Below are positions 25,788-39,282 of a DNA stretch of 64,000 nt, one piece after another. Position numbers and translations under genes: made by a program. Origin of the DNA: Octopus sinensis (taxonomy: Eukaryota); assembly GCF_006345805.1 (NCBI RefSeq), contig NC_043021.1, positions 21,018,001 through 21,082,000 of the forward strand, read 5' to 3'. The notes beneath the pieces are model-generated. The model did no database searches. It was not told the origin of the DNA and saw only the letters and a list, made by a program, of their open reading frames with translations. Positions within the stretch are counted from its first letter, which is position 1. The number at the start of each line of letters is the position of its first letter.

Positions 25788-28700
25788 GCCATGATAGACC
25801 GTTAGCTCCTACACGCATTTTTTTCTCTCCTTGTTTTCTTCTGTGTATCTTTCTGTCGAAGAGTGTAGGCTCGAAACGTAAAAGACTTGTTTTATTTCTA
25901 TTTCTGAGTGCCATACTAATACATTTGTTTGTTTGTACTCCACCTGCCTTCGTCTTTTGTTTATTTTCGTAAATCTTCCCTTTATATATATATATATATA
26001 TATATGTATATAAATTAGAGAAGAACGACCATGTAGCAATTCAACAATGATATAATTAAATCATATCATATAGAAAAAAATTAAAGATATGATAAAACAT
26101 TTACCTAGAACTAAATAAAGTACAAAATAATAAATGATAAATAATAAATAGATAGTATATATGCTATTTATTTATTATTTCGTACCTTATTCAGTTCTAG
26201 GTAAATGTTTTATCGTATCTTTAATTTTTTCTATAAGTATATCATTGTTGAATTGCTACATGGTGGTTCTTCTCTAATTTATATACATGTATTATATATT
26301 GTGAAATTTGATTTAGTATTACTAAATTGAATTTTTCCCTATAAGTTTGGAATCATATTCCCTAATATTATTATTATTATCATATATAGCGCCGCCCCGA
26401 CTAGCCTCGTGCCGATGGCACGTAAAAAGCACCATCCATTCGTGGCCGTTGCCAGCCTCGCCTGGCCCCCGTGCCGGTGGCACATAAAAAGCACCATCCG
26501 ATCGTGGCCATTTGCCAGACTCGTCTGGCACCTGTGCTGGTGGCACGTAAAAAGCACCCACTACACTCATGGAGTGGTTGGCGTTAGGAAGGGCATCCAG
26601 CCGTAGAAACATTGCCAGATCACACTGGGCCTGGTGCAGCCTTCTGGCTTCCCAGACCCCAGCTGAACCGTCCAACCCATGCTAGCATGGAAAGCGGACG
26701 CTAAACGATGATGATGATGATATATACACATACATACATACATACATAGGTACGTTGATGCAAATGGGAAAAGTAGAACTCAAAATATGACAATGTTCTT
26801 TTATTCTTTTATATATTTCAGCCCTGAGGCTGCGGCCATGCTAGGGCAGTGATATGTATATTTTTATTAATATTTACAGAAATAACAGAATGACTTACGG
26901 TTCGAGAGTCTTGTGCATTGGTAATCGCCAGCGCACGAAACTCTCAGACCTTGAGTCACTCTGCTGCTTCTGCTAAGTGCTTCTAAATATATCTATATTA
27001 GGCACGTGCCGTCAGTAATCACCCAGGGTAAGCAGTTGGTGACGTTTATGTAGTAAAACATGCAAAAAAATAAGCGAAACACAGGCGTGCGACTGAGTTG
27101 GAGACAGAATTACTTATGCCTTTATAGTGAGTAAAGAAAACGTTGTTGTAGGAATGTACGCAGCATGTGTTCTACGGCAGTACTATGTGTAGTTTTAATA
27201 CTGAGATTGAAATACTGACAGTCTACAAGTGAATCTAACAGTTTTTGTGTTTCTTAAATGGCTTATAAACATCTTCCACGCTGCAATAGTTTTCGTCCCA
27301 GCACACTATCTCAGATCAGGTCACTTGCTATGCAAGTACATCTCCGTATCTATTTTTCGTTTTCCATTTAACCCCCCCCCCCACCAATAAAGAAGGCGCG
27401 TGGCCTAGTGGTTAGGCTGTTGCACTCATGATTGCGAGATCATTAGTTTGATTCCCTGACTTGGCGATGCTTTCTGTTCTTGAGCAAAAGACTTCATATC
27501 CCGCTACTCTAGTCCCCCCACCTTCGATCAGGGGTGAATGTTGGCCTGCTTGCCGAGCCAGCAGGGTGGTGGCATTCGAAGGCTAAAACAATGTAGAATG
27601 CATTGTGACCAGTGATGTGTAACAACACATGAACTAATCTTTATTCAGTTCTCATTTGACATTTCTTCAATTTTGCTTTTCTTATTTTAAAACTTTTCAT
27701 TTGATCTGACCAGGAATATGCTTTCGTCTTTGCAGGAAAACAATGTTGATGCCATTCATCCTGGTTATGGCTTCCTCTCAGAACGTTCAGATTTTGCTCA
27801 AGCCTGTATAGATGCTGGTATTAACTTTATTGGTCCAAGCCCTCATGTTGTTCAACAGATGGGTGACAAAATTGAAGCCCGTCAAGCTGCCATTAATGCA
27901 GGTAGGTACGTTGCAAGTCTTCAACTCTTTATATTTCGTTTTTAAAAAAAGAGATCTTGTAGAGGCTGTGTGGTAAGAAGTTTGCTTCCCAAGCACATGG
28001 TTCTGGTTTCAGTCCCACTGCAAGGCACCTCGGGCAAATGTCTTCTGACTGTACCTTGTGGGTGAGGTTGAAGTTTCGTGGGAATATGCGGATTTCACAA
28101 GCGGTCCCCAACAATCCCGCATGTAGAGACATCCTGTTTGCTGCAGATTGTCCGCAGACGCAGGGACAGAGCGACCGAGGAGCCGCTGGTTGCCGAAACA
28201 GACACTCTGTTGGGTTGTGGCCTTAATACCACTCGGTGTCAGACCAATCCGCCTTGGGTGGCCCTACCAGGAACCGAAGTTCCTGACGGCATAGCTCTGA
28301 CACTACCCATTGCCAGCGTCCCCACCACGGTGAGGAGGGGATGGACTTTGAGAATTCCATACAATGGCAACATCGGCCTGCACCGATGGAACCGTGACTG
28401 GCTCGCTATCTCCAATGAACTGACGCAGGACCGTCGTGCGTGGGCTGCCATGGTTCGAGATGCCTCGAGGGTAGTAGAAGAAGCCGACTCAACCCGCCCA
28501 GGGTGAATGCCGCCACAAGTACAAGTAAGTAAGTACCTCGTGGGTGAATTTGGAATCTGATAGATGGAAACTGTGGAAGCCTGTTTTGTGTGTGTGTGTG
28601 TGTGTATGCATGTGTATTCTTTTATTTTTTTCCTTGTTTCAGTCATTTGATTGTGGCCATGCTGGAGCACCACTTTGAAGTGTTTTAGTCAAACAAATTG

Positions 28701-30682
28701 ACCTCAAGATTTATTTTTTTAAGCTTAGTACTTATTCTATTGATCTTTTTTGCCAAACCACTAAGTTATGGGAATGTAAGCACACCAGAATCTGCTATCA
28801 AGCGATGTTGGGGGACAGACACAAAGACACACACACACACACACATATGGAAGACGGATGTTAAATGATGATGATGACAGGCTTCTTTCAGTTTCTGTCT
28901 CCCAAATACACTTAGAAGGCTTTGGTTGGCTCGAGGCTATAGTAGATGACACTTGGCCAAGGCTCCACATAGTGAAATTGAACCTGGAACCATGAGGTTG
29001 AGATGTGTTTGTCCTCACATTGCTTGATAACTGATGTTGGTTTGTTTATATCCTCTGTAACTTACCAGTTTGAGAAAAGAGACCAATAGAATAAGTACCA
29101 GATTTAAAAAAAAAAACAAAATACAAATCATAAGTATTGAGTTCAATATATTTAGCTAAATCCCGTCAAGGGAGTGCCCCAGTATGGCCACATCCTAATG
29201 ACTGAAACAATTTAAAAGTATAGATAAATCTGTGTGAGATTATTATTATTATACATACATACATACATACATACATACATACATACATAGGTACGTTGAT
29301 GCAAATGGGAAAAGTAGAACTCAAAATATGACAATGTTCTTTTATTCTTTTATATATTTCAGCCCCGAGGCTGCGGCCATGCTGGGGCACTGATATGTAT
29401 ATTTTTATTAATATTTAGCAGAAATAACAGAGTGACTTACGGTTCGAGAGTCTTGTGCATTGGTAATCGCCAGCGCACGAAACTCTCAGACCTTGAGTCA
29501 CTCTGCTGTGTTTACTACCTTTATCATTGACAACTTCACCTTTAATTTCTCATCAGGTGTTACAGTGGTTCCGGGTACAGATACGCCCGTCAAAGAAGCA
29601 GAAGAAGCTGCTGCCTTTTGTCAGAAGTTTGGCTTACCCGTGATTTTCAAAGCTGCTTTTGGAGGTGGTGGTCGTGGAATGAGAGTAGTAAGAAAACTTG
29701 AGGTAAGTTCCTATGTCAGCTTGGAAGAGTGTTGAAACCCCTAACATTTCATCTCTCTTTCTCTTTTCTTTCTTTTACTTGTTTCAGTCATTTGACTGCG
29801 GCCATGCTGGAGCACCGCCTTTAGTCGAGCAAATCGACCCCGGGACTTATTCTTTGTAAGCCCAGTACTTATTCTATCGGTCTCTTTTGCCGAACCGCTA
29901 AGTGACGGGGACATAAACACACCAGCATCGGTTGTCAAGCAATGCTAGGGGGACAAACACAGACACACAAACATACACACAAATACATATATATATACAT
30001 ATATACGACAGGCTTCTTTCAGTTTCCGTCTACCAAATCCACTCACAAGGCATTGGTCGGCCTGAGGCTATAGCAGAAGACACTTGCCCAAGATGCCACG
30101 CAGTGGGACTGAACCCGGAACCATGTGGTTGGTAAGCAAGCTACTTACCACACAGCCACTCCTGCGCTTCTGATGCAGAATCGTTATCATCATTTAAAGT
30201 CTTGGCTCTGTACTGCTGTTGGTTAGACAGTTTGATTGTGTCCGATGAGTGCAAGATCTGTATTGTGCACCAGCATCTACTTTGAGATAGTTTCTATGGT
30301 TGGATGCCCTTCCTAATGCCAACAATAATTATATGTATGGATACTCTTATATCGGTTAGTGCTTTTTATGTGCCACTGGCACAGGGGCCAGCGGAGGCTT
30401 GCAATGGCCAAGATCGGTTGGTGCCTTTTATGTGGCTTCCGTTCCAGTGGCACGTAAAAAGCACCAACTGATTGTGGGCATTGCCTGCCTCTTCTGGCCC
30501 CTGTGCCAGTGGCACATAATAAAGCACCAACCCATCGTGGTTGGCAGTAGGAAGGGCATCCAGCTGTAGAAACACTGCCAGATCAGACTGGAGCCTGGTG
30601 CAGCCATCTGGCTTCCGAGACCCCAGTCGAACCATCCAACCCATGTTAGCATGGAAAACGGACGTTAAACAATGATGATGAT

Positions 30683-30742
<60 letters not shown>

Positions 30743-31616
30743 TTTGTATGCATACAAATACACATATACATACATATAGACATATAATAGGCTCTGGAGT
30801 GAGTGTATGATAAGTAGCTTGCCTACCACATGGTTCCAGGTTCAGTCCCACTGCATGGCACCTTGGGCAAGTATCTTCTACTGTAGCCTCGGGCCAACCA
30901 AAGCCTTGTGAGTGGCTTTGATAGATGGAAACTAAAAGAATCCCATCATGTGTATGTGTGTGTGTGTGTTTGTGTGTCTGTGTTTGCTCGCTCAACATCG
31001 CTTGACATCTGATGCTGGTGTGTTTACATCCTCATAACTTAGTGGTTTGGCATAAGAGACCAATAGAATAAGTACTGCTCGACTGAAGGTGATTCTCCAG
31101 CATGGCTGCAGTCAAATGACTGAAACAAATAAAAGAATAAAAGAATATATATACATATATATGTATCCACACGCATACACATATGTGTATGGGTCCAACC
31201 CATGCCAGCATGAAAAATAGGATGATGATGATGTATACACACACATATATATGTACATATATGCATAGATACATAAAATTTATATATATACACACACACG
31301 TACATAATATATATATATTTATACATACATAATATAGATATTTATACATACAGATATAATGTTTGCGTGTATATATACATATATATGCAAATATGTATAA
31401 ATCATCATCATTTAACGTCCATTTTCCATGCTAGCATGGGTTGACGATTTGACTGAGGATTGGCGAACCAGATGGCTGCACCAGACTCCAGTCTGATCTG
31501 GCAGTGTTTCTACAGCTGGATGCCCTTCCTATCGCCAACCATTCTGTGAGTGTAGTGGGTGCTTTTTACATGCCACCGGCACAGGGGCCAGAGGTGGCTG
31601 GCAAATGGCCACAATC

Positions 31617-31653
<37 letters not shown>

Positions 31654-34159
31654 AACACATACACACATATACAAGCAGCAGCATCCATGTTTAATGCTGG
31701 TAAGGGTCAAAGACTTTGACATAATCCAATGGTTTGTAACACTAACTACTCTACTCCATGTACTTGGTGGCATTTTGTTTTGGTGCCACTGGCATTAGTG
31801 AAACTGTCACACAGGTTCAACTCAAACTCCATTCCATATGCTTGCTGACCTGTTAGCAATTGCAACCAAGTACATCTCAAATTCTACTTCATCAACAGTG
31901 AGTTCGGGTCACCATCCCACATTGAGGGCAAACGTGTTTACATGTGTTTCGTTGTTTTCTCTTTGCAGGATGTAAAAGAGAGTTTTGAACGAGCGTCTTC
32001 TGAGGCTCTGGCTGCATTTGGTGATGGTTCTTTATTCTTGGAGAAATTTATTGAGAGACCCCGTCATATTGAAGTTCAAATTCTTGGTTGGTAACATCAA
32101 TATCTTTTCCCACTTATATTGATATTTTTGAATTTTTTTTGTATATTGTTATGTTGGAAATATTTTGTTTATTTTTTTTGTGCAACTTGGCAAAAAAAAA
32201 ATTAGGTGCCACTGTTTTGTCTTGTTTTGTTTTCTTGATTGATAATCCAAGGGGCCACCTTGGTATTTCATAAACAACTCCGGTTAGGAAGATCCAAATT
32301 TTACATCAATAATTATTAAACAATATTAGCTAAAGGGCAAAAATTTTGAAAAACTAAATATATGAATGTTTCTTTGACTGTGTGGTAAGAAATTTGTTTC
32401 CTAAACACATGGTTGTTCCAGTCCACTTATGCATACCTTTCCTTCTGGGGACACAAAACTCTACTTGTGAAGACATGTTGAGGCAAGTGAGAATCGAAAT
32501 CGATCAACATCAATGGAAACTGCAGCTGTGATACCAGTGCTGGTAGCACGTAAGAGAACCATCCGAACGTGGCCGTTGCCAGCGCCGCCCCGACTGGCCT
32601 CGTGCCGGTGGCACGTAAAAAGCACCATCCGATTGTGGCCATTTGCTAGCCTCGCCTGGCCCCTGTGCCAGTGGCACGTAAAAAGCACCATCCGATTGTG
32701 GCCATTTGCTAGCCTCGCCTGGCCCCTGTGCCAGTGGCACGTAAAAAGCACCATCCGATTGTGGCCATTTGCCAGCCTTGCCTGGCCCCCGTGCTGGTGG
32801 CACGTAAAAAGCACCATCCGACTGTGGCCATTTGCTAGCCTCGCCTGGCCCCTGTGCCAGTGGCACGTAAAAAGCACCATCCGATTGTGGCCATTTGCCA
32901 GCCTTGCCTGGCCCCCGTGCTGGTGGCATGTAAAAAGCACCAACCGATCGTGGCCGTTTGCCAGCCTCGTCTGGCACGTAAAAAGCACCCACTACACTCA
33001 CGGAGTGGTTGGCGTTAGGAAGGGCATCCAGCTGTAGAAACATTGCCAGATCAGACTGGAGCCTGGTGCAGCCTTCTGGCTTCCCAGACCCCAGTTGAAC
33101 CATCCGACCCATGCTAGCATGGAAAGCGGACCCTAAACGATGATGATGATGATGATGGTTCTAGCCTCACTTCACGGAACCTTAAATAATGTCTTCTACT
33201 AAAGCCTCAGACCGACCAAAGCCTTGTGAATGAATTTGACAGAAACTGAAAGAAGACTGTCGTAAATGTCTGTGTGTTTGTGCCTGTGTTTGACCCAACC
33301 ACAGCTGGACAACCAATGTTGGTGTGTTTATGTCTCTGTACTCACTACATCAATTTAGTGGAGGCGCAATGGCCCAGTGGTTAGGGCAGCGGACTCGCGG
33401 TCATAGGATCGCGGTTTCGATTCCCAGACCGGGCGTTGTGAGTGTTTATTGAGCGAAAACACCTAAAAGCTCCACGAGGCTCCGGCAGGGGATGGTGGTG
33501 ATCCCTGCTGTACTCTTTCACCACAACTTTCTCTCACTCTTACTTTGCTATTTCAAGGGGCCTTGTCACTCTCTGTGTCACGCTGAATATCCCCGAGAAC
33601 TACGTTAAGGGTACACATGTCTGTGGAGTGCTCAGCCACTTACACGTTAACTTCACGAGCAGGCTGTTCCGTTGATTCGGATCAACCGGAACCCTCGTCG
33701 TCGTCACCGACGGAGTGCTTCCCCACATCAATTTAAATGCAGGGCTATCATTAGCTGCACAAATAAATAGAATTTTAATCAGACTGATTAAAATTTATTC
33801 ATTTACTTTCTTGTATGTGTGTGTGTGTGTTGTTTTTACGCATGTTATCGTAATGTTTCTAACATTTTTCCAGGTGATAAATATGGCAACGTCGTGCATT
33901 TATACGAGCGTGACTGCTCAGTGCAGCGACGTCATCAGAAGGTCGTAGAAATCGCACCAGCTCCCCAGCTGGATGAGGGATTGCGGCAAGCAATGGCCAA
34001 AAGTGCACTTAAGCTTGCTGATCATGTTGGCTACCAAAATGCTGGCACCGTTGAATTTCTCTTGGACAACGATGGACGTTTTTACTTCATTGAGGTCAAC
34101 GCACGGCTCCAAGTCGAACACACAGTTACTGAAGAGGTCACCGGGTCAGTTAAGTTTGA

Positions 34160-34199
<40 letters not shown>

Positions 34200-36560
34200 A
34201 TTGTTTATCCCAGGTGAGTTGGTAGAATCATTAGTGTGCAGGACAAAATGCTTGGTAGCATTATTTCCTGCTCTTTACATTCTGAGTTCAAATTCCATCA
34301 AGGTCATCTTTGCCTTTAACCCTTTAGGGTTCAGATTATTCTGTCAAATGTGATGTTTGTTTATTTAAAATGGTTTGAATTAATCATGCATTATCTTGTA
34401 GTTTAGAGATTTCAGTGATGTGATTTTTTAGTTTTAGAACGACATGGTAGGGCTGAGGTGAGAGGCGAGATCTGGTCAGTTTCAATATAAAACAGGTTAA
34501 ATATTTTGGCCGAATATGGCCGATTTGAATTCTAAAGGGTTAATCCTTTCAGGGTTGTTATATTAAGTACCAGTCGAGCACTGGGGTTAGCGGTTTTTCG
34601 TCTGTCTTCACGTTCTGAGTTCAAATTCTTCCAAGTTCAACTTTGTCTATCATCCTTTTGGGGTTGATAAAATAAGAACTAGTGGAACACAGGAGTCAAT
34701 GTAATTTACTAGTCCCCCTCCCCTCAAATTTCAGGCCTTGTGCCTTTAGCAGAAAGAATTATTATCATTGTTATTAAGCTGGTGTAAGGCATTGAGCTGA
34801 CAAAAATCGTTAGCATGCCGGATGAAATGCTTAGCGGTATTTTGTCTGCCACTACGTTCTGAGTTCAAATTCCACTGAGGTCGACTTTGCCTTTCATCCT
34901 TTCACAGTCGATTGAATAAGTACCAGTTACGCACTGGGGTCGATATAATCGACTTAATCCGTTTGTCTGTCCTTGTTTGTCCTCTCTGTGTTTAGCCCCT
35001 TCTGGGTAGTAAAGAAATAGGTATTTCGCCGATTGCTACATTCTGAGATCAAATCCGCTGAGGTCGACTTTGCCTTTTGTCCTTTTGGCTTCGATAAAGT
35101 AAGTACCAGTTACGCACTGGGGTCGATGTAAACGACTGGCCCCTTCCCCCAAAATTTCAGGCCTTGTGCCTATAGTAGAAAACACTTATTATTAAGGTGA
35201 TGAGATGGGAGAACCATCAGCAAGTCAAACAGAATCCTTAGTGGCATTTTTTTCCTGCTCTTAACGTTTTGAGTTCAAATCCCATCAAGGTAAACGTTGC
35301 CTTCAATCTTTTCGGGGTCAATAAAATAAGTAGCAATCAAGTAGTGGGACTGATGTAATCAACATGCCCCACCCTTCAGAATTGCTAGCCTTGTTCCAAA
35401 TTTGAAAGAATTATAAGTAGACGCAGGAGTAGCTGTGTGGTAAGTAGCTTGCTTATGAACTACATGGTTCCGGGTTCAGTCCCACTGCATGGCACTTTGG
35501 GCAAGTGTCTTCTACTATAGTTTCGGGCTGACCAAAGCCTTGTGAGTGGATTTGGTAGACGGAAACTGAAAGAAGCCCATCCTATATATGTATATTTATA
35601 TATGTGTATATGTGTGTGTGTATATGTTTGTGTGTCTGTGTTTGTTCCCCCAGCATTGCTTGACAACCGATGCTGGCGTGTTTACGTCCCCGTAACTTAA
35701 CCTCGGGCCAACCGAAGCCTTGTGAGTGGATTTGGTAGACGGAAACTGAAAGAAGCCTGTCGTATATATGTATATATATATAACGGGAAAGTTTACGAAA
35801 ATAAACAAAAGACGAAGGCAGGTGGAGTACAAACAAACAAATGTATTAGTATAGCACTCAGGAATAGAAATAGAAAAAAGTCTTTTATGTTTCGAGCCTA
35901 CGCTCTTCGACAGAAAGATACACAGAAAAAAAACAAGGAGAGAAAAAAAAGCATGTAGGAGCTAACGATCTATCATGGCGTCCTGACTTCGGACATATAT
36001 ATATGTTTGCGTGTGTGTTTGTGTTTGTCCCCCCAACATTTACTTGACAACCGATGCTGATGTGTTGACGTCCCCGTAACTTAGCGGTTTGACAAAAGAG
36101 ACCAATAGAATAAGTACTAGGCTTAGAAGGAATAAGTCCTTGGGTCGATTTGCTCAGCTAAAGGCGGTGCTCCAGCATGGCCACAGTCAAATGACTGAAA
36201 CAAGTAAAAGAGAGTAAAAGAGTCCCATTTGGGTACAACAATTAACCTTAGATGCCACAAACCCTCCCAAATATCCTAGCTGCCCCTAATAACAATGTTT
36301 TCTGGGGCTGCACTAAACTAGGTTTTATACCTATTTCATCCATCCATTTACTCTCCTTACTTGTTTCAGTCATTTTGACTGTGGCCATGTTGGAGCACCG
36401 CCGTTAGTCGAGCAAATCGACCCCGGGACTTATTCTTTGTAAGCCTAGTACTTATTCTATCGGTCGCTTTTGCTGAACCGCTAAGTTACGGGGACGTAAA
36501 CACACCAGCATCGGTTATCAAGTGATGTGGGGGGGGGGGACAAACACAAAAACACATGCA

Positions 36561-36608
<48 letters not shown>

Positions 36609-39241
36609 TATACAACAGGCTTCTTTCAGTTTCCGTCTACCAAATCCACTCAGAAGGCTTTGGTCGGCCCGAGGCTAAGTTACGGGGACATAAACACACC
36701 AGCATCGGTTGTCAAGCGATGTTGGGGGGAACAAACCCAGACACACAAACACATACACACACACACATACATATATAATAATAATAATAATGATGATGAT
36801 AATAAAACAGTGTTCTTTTCTGTTTCACAGAGTTGACTTGGTTCAATCCCAGATCAAAGTAGCTGAAGGCAAAAGTCTGTCAGAGATTGGTTTAACTCAA
36901 GACAACATCAAATTACATGGTTGTTCCATCCAATGCCGAATGACTACTGAAGATCCTGCAAAAAATTTCCAACCTGATACTGGCAGAATTGAGGTAAGGC
37001 AATTCTTATTTCCACCACACACAGCTGTGTTTATATTATGAATGGCAGAATCGTTAGCATGCTGGACAAAATGCATAGTGACATTTCTTCTGGATCTTTA
37101 TGTTAGGGGTTCAAATTCTGCTGGGGTCAACTTATCCTTTTGGCATCGACAAAATGAGTATCACTTTAGTACTGGGATCAATACAATCAACTAACACATT
37201 TCCCATAAAATTTCAGGCCTTATGCCTATAATAGAAAGAATTATTATTATTATTATTATCTATTATTATTATTATTTTTATTATCATCATCATCATAATC
37301 ATCATCATCATTATTATTATTGAGTGAGAGAGAAATGCATACCATCAAAGTGACACTGGGGTACAAATATAGGAAGCCCAATGTGCCCATCATGACTGCC
37401 CATCATGACTACCCATCTGATAAGGGTACACTAGGCACATGCATCACAGTCATATGTGTGCAACTCATATCAAGATAAATAGTGCATGACTTCGCAGGTG
37501 AAGCCCAGTTAGAATTTTCTTCAGGTTGAGTAGCCCATCCCACTCAAAATGTCACTGAATAAGGGTTGTTTAAGCATGTTAAATGCAACACCCATGTTTC
37601 CAGAGGTGAATTATTCAAACCCCAAAGAATTTTTCTCTACACATGGCTATAATGCTCCCTCACTACTTCTGCTCGTGATCAGAGATGCACATATCATCAA
37701 CCCCCAAGAGACATGCTTCAGGGTCTTCTTTTTCTTCTTCTTCTTCTTCTTCTTCTTCTTCTTCCACCTCCTCCTCTTCCTCCTCCTCCTCTTCTTCTTC
37801 TTCTTCTTCTTCTTCTTCTTCCTCAACATCATAATCATCATCATCATCATCTTCATTATTATACTAAGGTGGTGAGCTGGCTGAATCGTTAGCAGGCTGA
37901 ACGGAATACATAGTGGTATTTCACCCGTTGCTATGTTCTGAGTTCAAATTCTGCTGAGGTCGACTTTGCCTTTCATCTTTTTCGGGGTCAATAAATTAAG
38001 TACCAGCGAAACTTAGTGGTCAATGTAATCGACTTAATCCCCTCTCCCAAGCTGTCCTTGTGGCAAAAAATTTGAGATCATCATTATCATTATTATTATC
38101 CCTATAGGAAGTGGGCTGGCAGAATCGTTAGCACATGGGGGAAAATGCTTAGCAGTGTTTCACCTGTCTTTACGTTCTGAGTTCAAATTCCATCGGGGTC
38201 AACTTTGCCTTTCGTCCTTTTAGGGGTTGATAAAATAAGTACCAGTTGAGTACTGGTGTTGATGTAATCAACTAACCCCCTCCCCAAAATTTCTGGCCTT
38301 GTGCCTATAGTAGGAAGGATTATTATTATTATTGAGTGAGAGAGCAGTGCATGCCATCAATGTGACACTGGGGTAAAATATACAAAGCCCAGTATACCCA
38401 TCATGACTACCTGTCTGATAAGGGTACACTGGGCACATGCATCACAACCATATGTATGCAACATGGCGATCTCATATCAAGATAAACAGCACATGACCTT
38501 GCAGGTGGGGCCCAGTTAGAATTTTCTTCTGGTCGAGTAACCCATCCTGCTCAAAAGGTCCATGAATAAGGGTTGTTTAAGGACGTTGAATGAAACACCC
38601 ATGTTTCCAGAGGTGAATTATTCAAACCCCAAAGAATCCCTCTCAACACATGGCTATGATGCTCCCCCACTACTTCTGCTCGTGATCAGAAATGCACATA
38701 TCGTCAGCCACTAAGGGACATGCGCAACTGGTTAAGGTCAAACAACTGACAAGCAAATCTGTAGTATTGAGCAGAATATTTGCTGTAGCCCATCTTTTAT
38801 GCCAAGACAAAATAATGTACATGATAACACTTATTATTATTATTATTATTATTAATATATAAAGGATTGAGATAACTCCTCCAGAAGATATAGAGTGAAA
38901 ATTAAAAGAAGAGTGCCACTGCCATCGAGTGAACGATATTTTGACATCTTGTGTCTCTTCAACTGGTTCAAAAAATAATTTTGTCAATCTACTTCATTTT
39001 GGTTAATATATTAAAATTTAATATATATTAAAATTGATATATATAATTTCAAATCATTCAACCCATGCTAGCATGGAAAGCGGACGTTAAACAATGATTA
39101 TTATTATTATTATTATTATTATTCTATGTTTGACTTTTGCTTTATGTTTGTACAAGTTGGCTCCAAGTCTCACCCAGAGACCTCAAGAGACAACAGGTTG
39201 GAAGTTCACGTTGTTGTTATGCCTAGTGTGCCATATATTTG

Positions 39242-39282
<41 letters not shown>

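Noticed and set aside
29475-29496. Similarity of hairpin arms to miR-124 star (GACCUUGA) or miR-210 (CUUGUGC)
   Set aside because: Only 7-8 nt, outside seed position; not assigned to a known family
30366-30998. 210-aa ORF, the longest non-PC ORF
   Set aside because: Chimera of antisense SINE-A, (TA)n and RTE-UTR sequence
32461-33112. 174-200 aa ORFs with 21-aa repeats; CRISPR-like appearance
   Set aside because: The 63-bp units have no unique spacers, no cas genes are present, and the array lies in a LINE 3'UTR within an intron; open frames on both strands follow from the unit length
33363-33435. Possible tRNA-Arg gene (also 1893, 42245)
   Set aside because: The acceptor stem cannot form and the sequence continues into a shared SINE body
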